Shown: positions 1-6,965 of the stretch, piece after piece
Position numbering within the stretch: the first letter of the stretch is position 1
Layout: the number at the start of each line of letters is the position of its first letter
Source: Comamonadaceae bacterium
GTDB taxonomy: Bacteria; Pseudomonadota; Gammaproteobacteria; Burkholderiales; Burkholderiaceae_C
NCBI GenBank assembly: GCA_023259355.1
Contig: JAHFQI010000002.1
Span: forward strand, 1 to 61,479
DNA: 61,479 nucleotides
Direction of reading: 5' to 3'
Notes under the pieces: model-generated
Databases searched by the model: none
The model's input: only the letters and a program-made list of their open reading frames with translations
Told to the model about the DNA's origin: nothing
Made by a program: the position numbers and the translations under genes

Positions 1-120
1 TCCGGAGCCTGCATCGCCATTTGTTCGCCGACTACTTGGGTTGCCGCCAAGTACGCCAGAAACGCCTGATGGTCATACCCGGGTTGCGCCTGGAGCGCCT
101 GAATTACCTGGGTCAGCGCC
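1..120. repeat. Terminal direct repeat copy 1 (identical to 61360..61479)
   Basis: Base-by-base identity read from the sequence. The repeat lies inside a CDS, so it is probably an assembly overlap of a circular molecule. Confidence 0.95.
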
Positions 121-185
121 TGCACCGTCCCGGCCAGGTGCTCTGCCATCGCCTTGAAGCCAGCGTTGATTTCGTCATCGGTCAT
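1..185 (-). CDS. Hypothetical protein, 5-prime part of a 91-aa ORF that crosses the circular junction (continues 61359 down to stop at 61269)
   Basis: ATG at 185-183 (minus) is preceded by AGGAG 6 nt upstream. The frame stays open to position 1 and continues in frame at 61359. GC-rich third positions. It is the last gene of the cI operon. Confidence 0.55.
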   Translation of the reverse strand, partial: MTDDEINAGFKAMAEHLAGTVQALTQVIQALQAQPGYDHQAFLAYLAATQVVGEQMAMQAP

Positions 186-216
186 CGAGTGCTCCTGAGT
201 TGCCGGTAAGCGCTCG

Positions 217-972
217 TCAGCAGTGGAGCTGATCACCGATGCGCCGGCACGCCCCACTGGCGCCGTAGTAGGTGCCGTCGCTGCCCTTCTTCAGGTGCTC
301 CGTGCCCACCCAGCAGCCCGGGCCGTTGCAAGAGGCAATGCGCGGCTGGCTGGCCTGTGCAGCTCTGGCGGCCTGATCGGCTGCTGCCGCGCGCCGTGCC
401 GCCACCCGGGCGTCCTCGGCCTGACGATCTGCCTCGATTTGCTGGCGCACCGACTGCGAGCCCTTGGCCGAATGAACCGCCTCGGCGGCTTCACGCGCGC
501 GCTGACGGTCCTTGGCATCGATGCGGCTTTGGGCGGATTGCGCTTCGTTGATGCGCGTCCAATCCTGCGCGGTGTACTTTTCCCCGTCCGACTGCGCCGC
601 CTTGGCGCGCTCGACCTCGGCCTTCAGGAAGTTCCTCTCCTTCTTGTCTTTCGTGATGCTGCTGGCCGAGGTTTCCAGATTCTTGATCTCCTGGGACGTG
701 GGCGCGTTACCGCCCTGGCCCATGATGAACGCCTGAGGCGCCTGAGGCGCCTGTGGCTGCGGCTCCGGGCGCATCGAGCGCTGGATCTCCCGCTGCGACA
801 TGGCATTGATGCCGCTGGTGGTACCGCCGCTGATCGGCAAGCCTCGCGTTCCACCGGCACAAGCGGACTGCGAATAGGTGATCTTGCCCGCACTGTCGGG
901 GCACTTGTAGACCTGGGCGCCGGCAGCGCAACTGAGCGCCAGCAGTGCGATCGCCGTGATTGCTGTTCTCAT
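217..972 (-). CDS. Secreted DUF4124-like protein (signal peptide, VYKCxDxxGxxxYSxxxC motif, Q/A/R-rich coiled region, Cys-rich C-terminus)
   Basis: Internal ATG at 972 gives MRTAITAIALLALSCAAGAQVYKCPDSAGKITYSQSAC. The start lies 12 nt after the cI stop. The track ORF 217..1314 has a spurious N-terminal extension overlapping cI. Confidence 0.75.
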   Translation of the reverse strand: MRTAITAIALLALSCAAGAQVYKCPDSAGKITYSQSACAGGTRGLPISGGTTSGINAMSQREIQRSMRPEPQPQAPQAPQAFIMGQGGNAPTSQEIKNLETSASSITKDKKERNFLKAEVERAKAAQSDGEKYTAQDWTRINEAQSAQSRIDAKDRQRAREAAEAVHSAKGSQSVRQQIEADRQAEDARVAARRAAAADQAARAAQASQPRIASCNGPGCWVGTEHLKKGSDGTYYGASGACRRIGDQLHC

Positions 973-983
973 GTCCTCTCCCC

Positions 984-1685
984 TCAAACTTGTTCGCTTC
1001 TCCACACGGTCAGGACCTTGCCGAACACCTGAAAATCCATCTTTGAGGTGATGTCGAACGGGTCGTAATTGGGGTTGAGCGACTTGGCCCGCACGATCAG
1101 TCCGTCTTCGGTGGGGATGCGCTGCAGCTGCTTGATGAAGCCGTGCTTGCCGACGCGGAAAAAGTAGATCCCCTCGGTCTCTACGGTGGTGACGCCGCGG
1201 TCCAACAGCAGGGGATCGCCGGGGTTGTATTTCGGCTTCATCGAGGGGCCGAACCCGGTCACGATGCACAGATTGGCGACTCCCGTGTGGTGGCCTACGT
1301 TCAGGCGCAGCCACTCGGGGTCGACCCGCCAGCTCTTGATGATGCCGGGCTGCTTTTCTTCGAGGATCAGGCCGCTTCCCATCGCGCCGGCCGCGTCGTA
1401 TTGGGGGATGGTGAAGTCGTCTTCAGTGACAACCATCGGCGTTCCGAATCGGGTGCTGGGCTCACTCGACGTGTGCTTCCCGACTTGGTGATCGAACCAT
1501 CGCTCGGGCAAAGACAGCTTCGCGGTGAGCGAGCCCGCCGCTCGCTCACCGAAAGGCAGTTCGGGGTCCAGCAACTGACTGACGCGCCCCTTCGTCAGAT
1601 TGACCTCCTTGCCGAACGCGGCTCTGTCTCCGCCGAATCGGCTGTCGATCAGCTGTTGCAAGCGTTGTTTCCTGTGCTCGTCCAT
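984..1685 (-). CDS. cI: CI-like prophage repressor with LexA/S24 autopeptidase C-terminal domain
   Basis: C-terminal GPSM ... GKHGFIKQL (Ser/Lys dyad pattern). Divergent from the cro-like gene across the operator region. ATG 1685 (MDEHRK) chosen rather than the track start at 1772. Confidence 0.85.
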   Translation of the reverse strand: MDEHRKQRLQQLIDSRFGGDRAAFGKEVNLTKGRVSQLLDPELPFGERAAGSLTAKLSLPERWFDHQVGKHTSSEPSTRFGTPMVVTEDDFTIPQYDAAGAMGSGLILEEKQPGIIKSWRVDPEWLRLNVGHHTGVANLCIVTGFGPSMKPKYNPGDPLLLDRGVTTVETEGIYFFRVGKHGFIKQLQRIPTEDGLIVRAKSLNPNYDPFDITSKMDFQVFGKVLTVWRSEQV

Positions 1686-1753
1686 GTTTAGCCGAGCATA
1701 AACATGGACGTTTAGTGATTGCTTGACTTGTGGTTTAGTTGAACCTAAACTGA
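1686..1753. promoter_or_regulatory. OR/PR region with three 18-bp operators (1686..1703 GTTTAGCCGAGCATAAAC; 1710..1727 GTTTAGTGATTGCTTGAC; 1733..1750 GTTTAGTTGAACCTAAAC) and PR (-35 TTGACT 1723..1728, 17-nt spacer, -10 TAAACT 1746..1751)
   Basis: Inverted GTTTAG/CTAAAC half-sites spaced 23-24 bp apart lie between the divergent cI and cro. The same cassette recurs inverted at 61113..61156. Confidence 0.7.
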
Positions 1754-1758
1754 CAAGC

Positions 1759-2100
1759 ATGAAAACACTCAAGGTTTGGCTGGACGAGGAGCGCGGGCGC
1801 TACACGGCGCTCGCCTTGCATCTCGGTGTCAGCACGGGGCGAGTGAGCCAGATGGCCGATCACGGGGTTCCGCCCAAGTTCATGCTGATGGTTCGCGACT
1901 TCACCAAGAACGCTGTCTCACTGGAGGCGCTTGTCTCGGCCCGAACGCCGGGCGCCGACGTCAGCAATCCGAGTCCCGATCTTCCGCACGCGACAGCTGC
2001 AAAGAAGACGCCGCGCGCTCAGCGCGACGACGCTCGCGAAAAGGCCCGCAAGAGTGCGCGCCGCAGTGACGGCAAGCCCTCCAACCGCAACGGGCGCTGA
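1759..2100 (+). CDS. cro: Cro-like / YdaS-family HTH regulator with a basic C-terminal tail
   Basis: MKTLKVWLDEERGRYTALALHLGVSTGRVSQM is an HTH pattern. It is the first gene rightward of PR. ATG 1759 chosen over the track start 1723. Confidence 0.7.
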   Translation: MKTLKVWLDEERGRYTALALHLGVSTGRVSQMADHGVPPKFMLMVRDFTKNAVSLEALVSARTPGADVSNPSPDLPHATAAKKTPRAQRDDAREKARKSARRSDGKPSNRNGR

Positions 2101-2215
2101 GTCAATGGCCGCACCAGCCCTTCGCGCACCGCCTTGACGCCGCTTCGCCCCGGCAAGACCCGGGGTCCATTTGCGCACGACCCAACAACAGCAACACCAG
2201 ATTGAGGGACACCAG

Positions 2216-2548
2216 ATGACTACAGGGAGCGGGGATGGCGAGCGGCCCCAATTCGCACGAACACCCGGGCGGGACATTTTCGGCAACCTGGACGACCACC
2301 TGCCCGAGGTTCGCATCAACAGCGACGTGCGCGCCGATGCCGTGAAGGCCGCAGCCAAGCAGGGCCTGGACCTGTCGGCCTGGCTGCGCGAGCTGGTCTA
2401 CGGGAGCTTGTACGGGCCGGATCATGTCGCCACTTTGCACGCCAATCGGATCCGGCGCGTCCTCGGTAATGCAGGGCATCCGGTGGACGAGTTCATCGAG
2501 CTGCGTGTGGTGGGCGACAAGAAAGGGCAGGGGAGCGGCAGCGCATGA
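2216..2548 (+). CDS. Hypothetical protein, possible ribbon-helix-helix DNA-binding protein
   Basis: GAGGGA lies upstream of ATG 2216. The segment VRINSDVRADAVKAAAKQGLDLSAWLRELV resembles CopG/Arc-type RHH. ATGA overlap with the next gene. Confidence 0.55.
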   Translation: MTTGSGDGERPQFARTPGRDIFGNLDDHLPEVRINSDVRADAVKAAAKQGLDLSAWLRELVYGSLYGPDHVATLHANRIRRVLGNAGHPVDEFIELRVVGDKKGQGSGSA

Positions 2549-3750
2549 GCGTGCGGATCCTGCACGGCGATTCGCGCGAGGTCTTGAAGGGCCTTGCCGA
2601 GGCGTCAGTCGATTCCGTGGTGTGCGACCCGCCCTACCACCTGACGACCGACAAGAAGGGCGGCAGCGGCCCAGCCAGCGTCAACCTCGAGTCACCCTAC
2701 GGGCGCGCTCGCATCGGCACCGGCTTCATGGGCATGACCTGGGACGGCGGCGAAGTGGCGCAAGACCCGGCGATGTGGGCCGAAGTGCTGCGCGTCTTGA
2801 AGCCCGGCGGCTACCTGCTGGCGTTCTCTGGCACGCGCACCTATCACCGCATGGCCTGCGCGATCGAGGACGCTGGCTTTGAAATCCGCGATCAGATCGG
2901 CTGGGTGTATGGCTCGGGGTTCCCGAAATCGCATAACGGGGAGTGGGGCGGCACAGCCCTGAAACCCGCCTGGGAGCCGATCGCCATGGCCCGCAAGCCG
3001 CTGATCGGCACCGTGGAGCAGAACTGGCGCGAGCACGGCACCGGCGCGCTGAACATCGACGGGTGTCGGGTGTGGACGGACGACACGCTGACTGGGAGCG
3101 GCTCCGCACCTCTCAAGCACGGCGGTCAAAATCATCGCCCTTTCCACGATACAGCAGAGCCGCGCGGATGCAACCAGTCGCCCCTTGGCCGCTGGCCGGC
3201 CAACCTGATCCACGACGGCAGCGACGAGGTGGTGGCGCTGTTCCCGCGCGAGGCCGGCGCCAGTGCTCCGGTGCTCGGCAACGAGCCCAGCGATGTGACG
3301 CACGGCATCTATGGCGAGCGGGCGCGGGTGCCGGGCGCCTTCCATGCCGACACCGGCAGCGCCGCGCGCTTTTTTTACTGCGCCAAGGCCAGCCGCGAGG
3401 ACCGCGACGAGGGCTGCGATGCCTTCGCCAAGAAGGCCCTGAACTGGTCCAGCGGCACGCAAAACCCGGGCAGTTTCCAAAGCCCCAACACCGACCGATC
3501 GGCGCGCAACCACCACCCCACGGTCAAGCCCACCGACCTGATGCGCTACCTGTGCCGGCTGGTCACGCCCAAGGGCGGCACCGTGCTGGACCCATTCATG
3601 GGCTCGGGCAGCACCGGCAAGGCCGCGGTGCTGGAGGGCTTCAGGTTCATCGGGATCGACCTTACCGAGGAATACGTGCAGATCGCTCGCGCCCGGATCG
3701 AGTTCGCGCAGCGCCAGGGCTATCAGCCGTCACTCATGGAGGCCGCATGA
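2545..3750 (+). CDS. DNA methyltransferase, beta-class N6-adenine/N4-cytosine type (orphan)
   Basis: N-terminal CDPPYHL (DPPY catalytic motif) and C-terminal HPTVKP ... LDPFMGSGSTG (AdoMet motif). No adjacent endonuclease. Confidence 0.85.
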   Translation: MSVRILHGDSREVLKGLAEASVDSVVCDPPYHLTTDKKGGSGPASVNLESPYGRARIGTGFMGMTWDGGEVAQDPAMWAEVLRVLKPGGYLLAFSGTRTYHRMACAIEDAGFEIRDQIGWVYGSGFPKSHNGEWGGTALKPAWEPIAMARKPLIGTVEQNWREHGTGALNIDGCRVWTDDTLTGSGSAPLKHGGQNHRPFHDTAEPRGCNQSPLGRWPANLIHDGSDEVVALFPREAGASAPVLGNEPSDVTHGIYGERARVPGAFHADTGSAARFFYCAKASREDRDEGCDAFAKKALNWSSGTQNPGSFQSPNTDRSARNHHPTVKPTDLMRYLCRLVTPKGGTVLDPFMGSGSTGKAAVLEGFRFIGIDLTEEYVQIARARIEFAQRQGYQPSLMEAA

Positions 3751-3857
3751 CACCGGACCAACTCGCCCAATGGCTGGCCGACCTGGAGGCGGTGGGCGAG
3801 GACGCCTGCTTCTTCGCCGCGATGGGGCAAATCATGTCCCTAGGGACATTCAAGTGA
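3747..3857 (+). CDS. 36-aa micro-ORF translationally coupled between the methyltransferase and the replication gene
   Basis: ATGA overlap with the methyltransferase stop (3747-3750) and GTGA overlap with the next start (3854-3857). GC-rich third positions. Too short for the ORF track. Confidence 0.4.
   Translation: MTPDQLAQWLADLEAVGEDACFFAAMGQIMSLGTFK
3834..3849. repeat. Perfect 16-bp palindrome ATGTCCCTAGGGACAT, same core as the iteron-like repeats at 4383..4450
   Basis: The sequence is self-complementary as read. It lies 5 nt upstream of the GTG start of the O-like gene. Confidence 0.8.
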
Positions 3858-4882
3858 CAGTCGACCAGATCCCACTGGAGGGCACGGAGACCGTGCCCGA
3901 ACCCCTCACGCCGCACGACTGCGAGCTGCAGGATTTCAAGTTCATGCCGCTGGACGTGGCCCGGCTTCGCTCATCGGAGCAGAACAGCGATGTGACGCCC
4001 GAGGCGAACTGGGCCGCCCTATTGCTGTGGGCCGCGGCCTGGCATGAGGTCCCGGCCGGGTCAATTCCTGACAACGATGGCTGGATTGCGAAGGCATGCG
4101 GTTACGTGTCCCGAGGGACAGTCGACCCGCAATGGGACACCGTTCGCGCCGGTGCGCTGCGCAAGTTCGTGCGCTGCACGGACGGCCGCCTGTACCACCC
4201 GGTCGTGGCCGAAAAGGCGCGCGAGGCGTGGGCCGCGAAGCTCGAACAACGCTGGAGAACCGAGTGCGGCCGCATCAAGAAGCACAACGACCGGCATGAG
4301 CTCAAAGGCGCCGATGCGGTGCCCAAGCCGACGTTTGAGGTATGGATCGAGGCGGGCCGTCCAACGGGACACCCTCTACCCATCCCTGGGGACAAAGCAC
4401 GCCAGACGCCACCCAGTCCCAAGGGACAGGGCCAAACTGTCCCTAGGGAAACACCATCCAAGAGACAGGGAGAGGGACAGGGACAGGGAGATCCTAATAG
4501 GACCCCTCCGGGGTCTGGTGCGGCTGCGCCGCGCGGCACCCGCAAACCACCGCAGAGCTTCGAGGTCACCGCCGCCATGGTGGAGTGGGCGGGCCAGAAC
4601 GCCAGCCTGCTGAGCCCAGCGAGCCTGCGCCGCGAGACCGACAAGTTCCGCGACCACACGTTCAAGTTCGCGATCGTCGATTGGCCGGGCGCATGGCGCA
4701 ACTGGATGCGCCGCGCGCACGACGACCTGGCTCCCAAGGCCTCAGCCGCCACCGAAACCCCCTACCAGCGCTCCAAGCGCGAAGCCGTCGAGGCCGCCAC
4801 CGGCGGGCTCGCATCCCGCAAACCCCCCACCAGCGAGGCACCGCATGGACTCCAAGCAATCGCTACCCCTGCCCTTGGTTGA
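3854..4882 (+). CDS. Replication initiation protein, DUF1376 (YdaU-like) N-terminal domain plus DnaT-like C-terminal domain (lambda O analogue)
   Basis: FKFMPLDVARLRSSE ... LLLWAAAWHEVPAGSIPDND (DUF1376 pattern). The C-terminus FKFAIVDWPGAWRNWMRRA is DnaT_2-like. GTG 3854 is inferred from the GTGA coupling. Confidence 0.7.
   Translation: MTVDQIPLEGTETVPEPLTPHDCELQDFKFMPLDVARLRSSEQNSDVTPEANWAALLLWAAAWHEVPAGSIPDNDGWIAKACGYVSRGTVDPQWDTVRAGALRKFVRCTDGRLYHPVVAEKAREAWAAKLEQRWRTECGRIKKHNDRHELKGADAVPKPTFEVWIEAGRPTGHPLPIPGDKARQTPPSPKGQGQTVPRETPSKRQGEGQGQGDPNRTPPGSGAAAPRGTRKPPQSFEVTAAMVEWAGQNASLLSPASLRRETDKFRDHTFKFAIVDWPGAWRNWMRRAHDDLAPKASAATETPYQRSKREAVEAATGGLASRKPPTSEAPHGLQAIATPALG
4383..4516. repeat. 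Iteron-like repeat cluster, candidate origin of replication inside the O-like gene linker
   Basis: TCCCTGGGGACA 4383..4394, GTCCCAAGGGAC 4416..4427, GTCCCTAGGGAA 4439..4450, tandem GGGACAG units 4463..4495, and palindrome GACCCCTCCGGGGTC 4501..4515. Confidence 0.5.
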
Positions 4883-5408
4883 AACGCTGTTCGCGCGGCT
4901 GGCCGTGAGCTATGGCCATCCGTTCCTGAACCAGTACGAAGGCTTCGACATGGCCGCGGTGCACGCCGACTGGGCGCGCGAGCTGGCCGTCTTCGGGCGA
5001 TGGGATGACGACGGCATGGTGCGCAGCCCGGCGATCGACTGGGCCCTGGAGAACCTGCCGGCCGGCCGTCCGGTGAACGCGCTGGATTTCCGTCAGCTGT
5101 GCCGCGGATACAGGGCGGGCGAGACCAGCCCGCTGGAACTGCCGGGCCCGCCGCGCGAGATCCCGCGACACGTGGCCAGCGCGATCGCCAAGCAGCTGGC
5201 CATGCCGATCGGCGACGAGCGGCCTGAGCGGGTGCGCATTGCGGCTCGCGTGATCAGCAAGTGGGGCTGCCCTGGCGTGCGACTGGCGCCCTACCAGCGC
5301 GATTGGCTCAAGCACGCGCGCGAGACCATGCGGCTGTACGAGGGCGAGCACGCCGGGGGTGTGGACTATTGCGCGACGGAGGCGACGCATGCTGCTGCAT
5401 CCCGTTGA
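4845..5408 (+). CDS. Replication protein P-like (putative helicase loader), tentative
   Basis: Lies directly after the O-like gene. The pattern LFARLAVSYGHPF ... DWARELAVFG ... RPVNALDFRQLCRGY resembles the lambda P N-terminal region, judged from memory. Confidence 0.45.
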   Translation: MDSKQSLPLPLVETLFARLAVSYGHPFLNQYEGFDMAAVHADWARELAVFGRWDDDGMVRSPAIDWALENLPAGRPVNALDFRQLCRGYRAGETSPLELPGPPREIPRHVASAIAKQLAMPIGDERPERVRIAARVISKWGCPGVRLAPYQRDWLKHARETMRLYEGEHAGGVDYCATEATHAAASR

Positions 5409-5589
5409 CCAGCTGCGCGCTCGCGCGTACCGCATCGTCTACGACGGCAAGGACCATTCCGACGGGGCCTGGCGCTGGGCCTTTTCGATGCTGGGCCTGC
5501 CAACACCGGAATTGATCGAGCTCGAGGTCGTGAAGGCTCCCTTCACCCTGCGCGAGCTCAGCCTGGGAGCACAGCAATCATGGTCGTGA
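5389..5589 (+). CDS. Hypothetical protein (66 aa)
   Basis: GGAGG lies upstream of ATG 5389. GC-rich third positions. Short overlaps with both neighbours. Confidence 0.5.
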   Translation: MLLHPVDQLRARAYRIVYDGKDHSDGAWRWAFSMLGLPTPELIELEVVKAPFTLRELSLGAQQSWS

Positions 5590-6089
5590 TCGGCATCGAT
5601 GGAGGCCTGACCGGCGCCATTGCCTTTCTGCATCCAGATCGGGCCATCGTGGTCGACCTGCCCACGGTGCCGCTGGATGTCGGTGGCGTGGTGCAGCGCC
5701 GCGTGCACGGCCCGGCCCTGGCCAGCATCGTGCGGCAGTTCTGCCCGAGGGGCGAGCCGATTCTGGCCGTGGTCGAGGACCTGGCCACCGGCGGGCAGGG
5801 CAGCATGGCCCAGACCAACAACAGCCAGTACCGCACGCGCGGAACGATCGAGTGCGCGCTCGAAATGCTGGGGCTGGAGGTCAAGGCGGTGCCGCCGCAG
5901 CGCTGGAAAAAGATGTACGGGCTGGTGGCCAACCGCAAGTCGCTCAGCAAGCCCGGCAAGAAGGACAGCCTGGCGCTCGCCCGGGAGCTGTATCCGGCCC
6001 TGTCGCAGGGCGAGCTGCGCCTGGCGCTGCACCACAACCGCGCCGAGGCAGCGCTGATCGCCCACTGGGCGCGAAAGGTCCTGGCATGA
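5580..6089 (+). CDS. RuvC-like Holliday junction resolvase
   Basis: N-terminal VIGIDGGLTGAIAF and C-terminal HHNRAEAALIAHWA match the RuvC-fold acidic and His motifs. Confidence 0.7.
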   Translation: MVVIGIDGGLTGAIAFLHPDRAIVVDLPTVPLDVGGVVQRRVHGPALASIVRQFCPRGEPILAVVEDLATGGQGSMAQTNNSQYRTRGTIECALEMLGLEVKAVPPQRWKKMYGLVANRKSLSKPGKKDSLALARELYPALSQGELRLALHHNRAEAALIAHWARKVLA

Positions 6090-6523
6090 GTGCAGCCATC
6101 GCAGCCAGCACTCGCAAATCCAGAGGCCGGTTCGACTCCGTTCGCCTGGTGGCCGAGATCGAAAGGACCCGGATCAACCTGGGCCTGAGCGACGCCGATG
6201 TAGCGCGTGCGACCGGGGTGAGCAAGTGCACCTTGAGCCGCATGAAAAGCAATCCCAACCGCGCGCCGGATGCGGCCAGCGTTGCAGCCTTCTTCGCGTG
6301 GCTTGCAATGTCCCCCGCTCAGTTCATCAGTGACCCGCCGCTCGCGGCGATCGAGGGCAAGGCCAAGCTGCTGAATGTGCCGGTGCTCAAGCCGCTGCAA
6401 GACGCAAGGGAGGCGCAGCGCAACCCGATCGTTGCCGTGTGCGGATTCTGCGGGCGCGAAGTGCGGGCGCGCGACAAGCCGTGTGAAGCGGTAACGGCGT
6501 GCCCGGTGAGGGTTGCCGCATGA
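6086..6523 (+). CDS. XRE-type HTH protein with a C-terminal Cys cluster
   Basis: ATGA overlap start at 6086. LGLSDADVARATGVSKCTLSRMK is an HTH pattern. CGFCGREV ... CEAVTAC at the C-terminus. Confidence 0.6.
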   Translation: MSAAIAASTRKSRGRFDSVRLVAEIERTRINLGLSDADVARATGVSKCTLSRMKSNPNRAPDAASVAAFFAWLAMSPAQFISDPPLAAIEGKAKLLNVPVLKPLQDAREAQRNPIVAVCGFCGREVRARDKPCEAVTACPVRVAA

Positions 6524-6765
6524 CGCTCACGTTCGCCGTTTCTGTTCTGTTGGGTGCATTTGGCGTGGCAACGATGTGGATGGCCACCGGTCACTCCCGA
6601 CTGCAGCGCAAGGTCGCGCCCGTCGTGGGGCTCATCGCGCAATTGGTCTGGGGCTGGTACGCCTGGCTGCTGGGACCCGCCGCCGGCGGGCTGTGGGTGC
6701 TGGTCGCCCTCTACGCGGCCGTGTACGTGCGCGGGATCTGGGTGCAGTGGAGGGCGCCGGCGTGA
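6520..6765 (+). CDS. Small integral membrane protein (about 3 TM)
   Basis: ATGA overlap start. Hydrophobic helices (LTFAVSVLLGAFGVATMWM, VVGLIAQLVWGWYAWLLG, LWVLVALYAAVYV). Confidence 0.6.
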   Translation: MTLTFAVSVLLGAFGVATMWMATGHSRLQRKVAPVVGLIAQLVWGWYAWLLGPAAGGLWVLVALYAAVYVRGIWVQWRAPA

Positions 6766-6965
6766 AGATCACGCTGCGCCCAACCGGCCGCGGTAACTGG
6801 CGTCCGCTGGTGCTGACCGTGCAGGGCTTCCCGCGCGTGCAGGGGTTCCTGTTTCGCGGTCACCCTGGAGCCGAGAGCATCGACGCCGACCGCCAGCTGG
6901 TGCGCGCGGGCGACACCTGGACGATCGACGGGCGCCGCTGGCGCGTGGCGGAGGTCAAGGCGTGA
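6762..6965 (+). CDS. Hypothetical protein (67 aa)
   Basis: GTGA overlaps at both ends. Strong GC3. Confidence 0.5.
   Translation: MKITLRPTGRGNWRPLVLTVQGFPRVQGFLFRGHPGAESIDADRQLVRAGDTWTIDGRRWRVAEVKA

Noticed and set aside
1-120. The terminal repeat as a biological DTR or cos end.
   Set aside because: It interrupts an ORF inside the lysogeny operon, far from the terminase genes. An exact overlap of this size is typical of circular assembly. This cannot be fully excluded without read data.
217-1314. The 365-aa version of the DUF4124 ORF and the 262-aa version of cI, using the farthest-upstream starts.
   Set aside because: The N-terminal extensions are Arg/Pro-rich. They overlap the neighbouring gene or the operator region. 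Internal ATGs at 972 and 1685 give a signal peptide and a sensible HTH N-terminus respectively.
2148-2165. The hairpin CCCCGG-caagac-CCGGGG between cro and the next gene, considered as a terminator or nut/boxB-like site.
   Set aside because: There is no T-tract, no N-like antiterminator gene was recognised, and there is no second copy downstream of PL. Evidence is insufficient.
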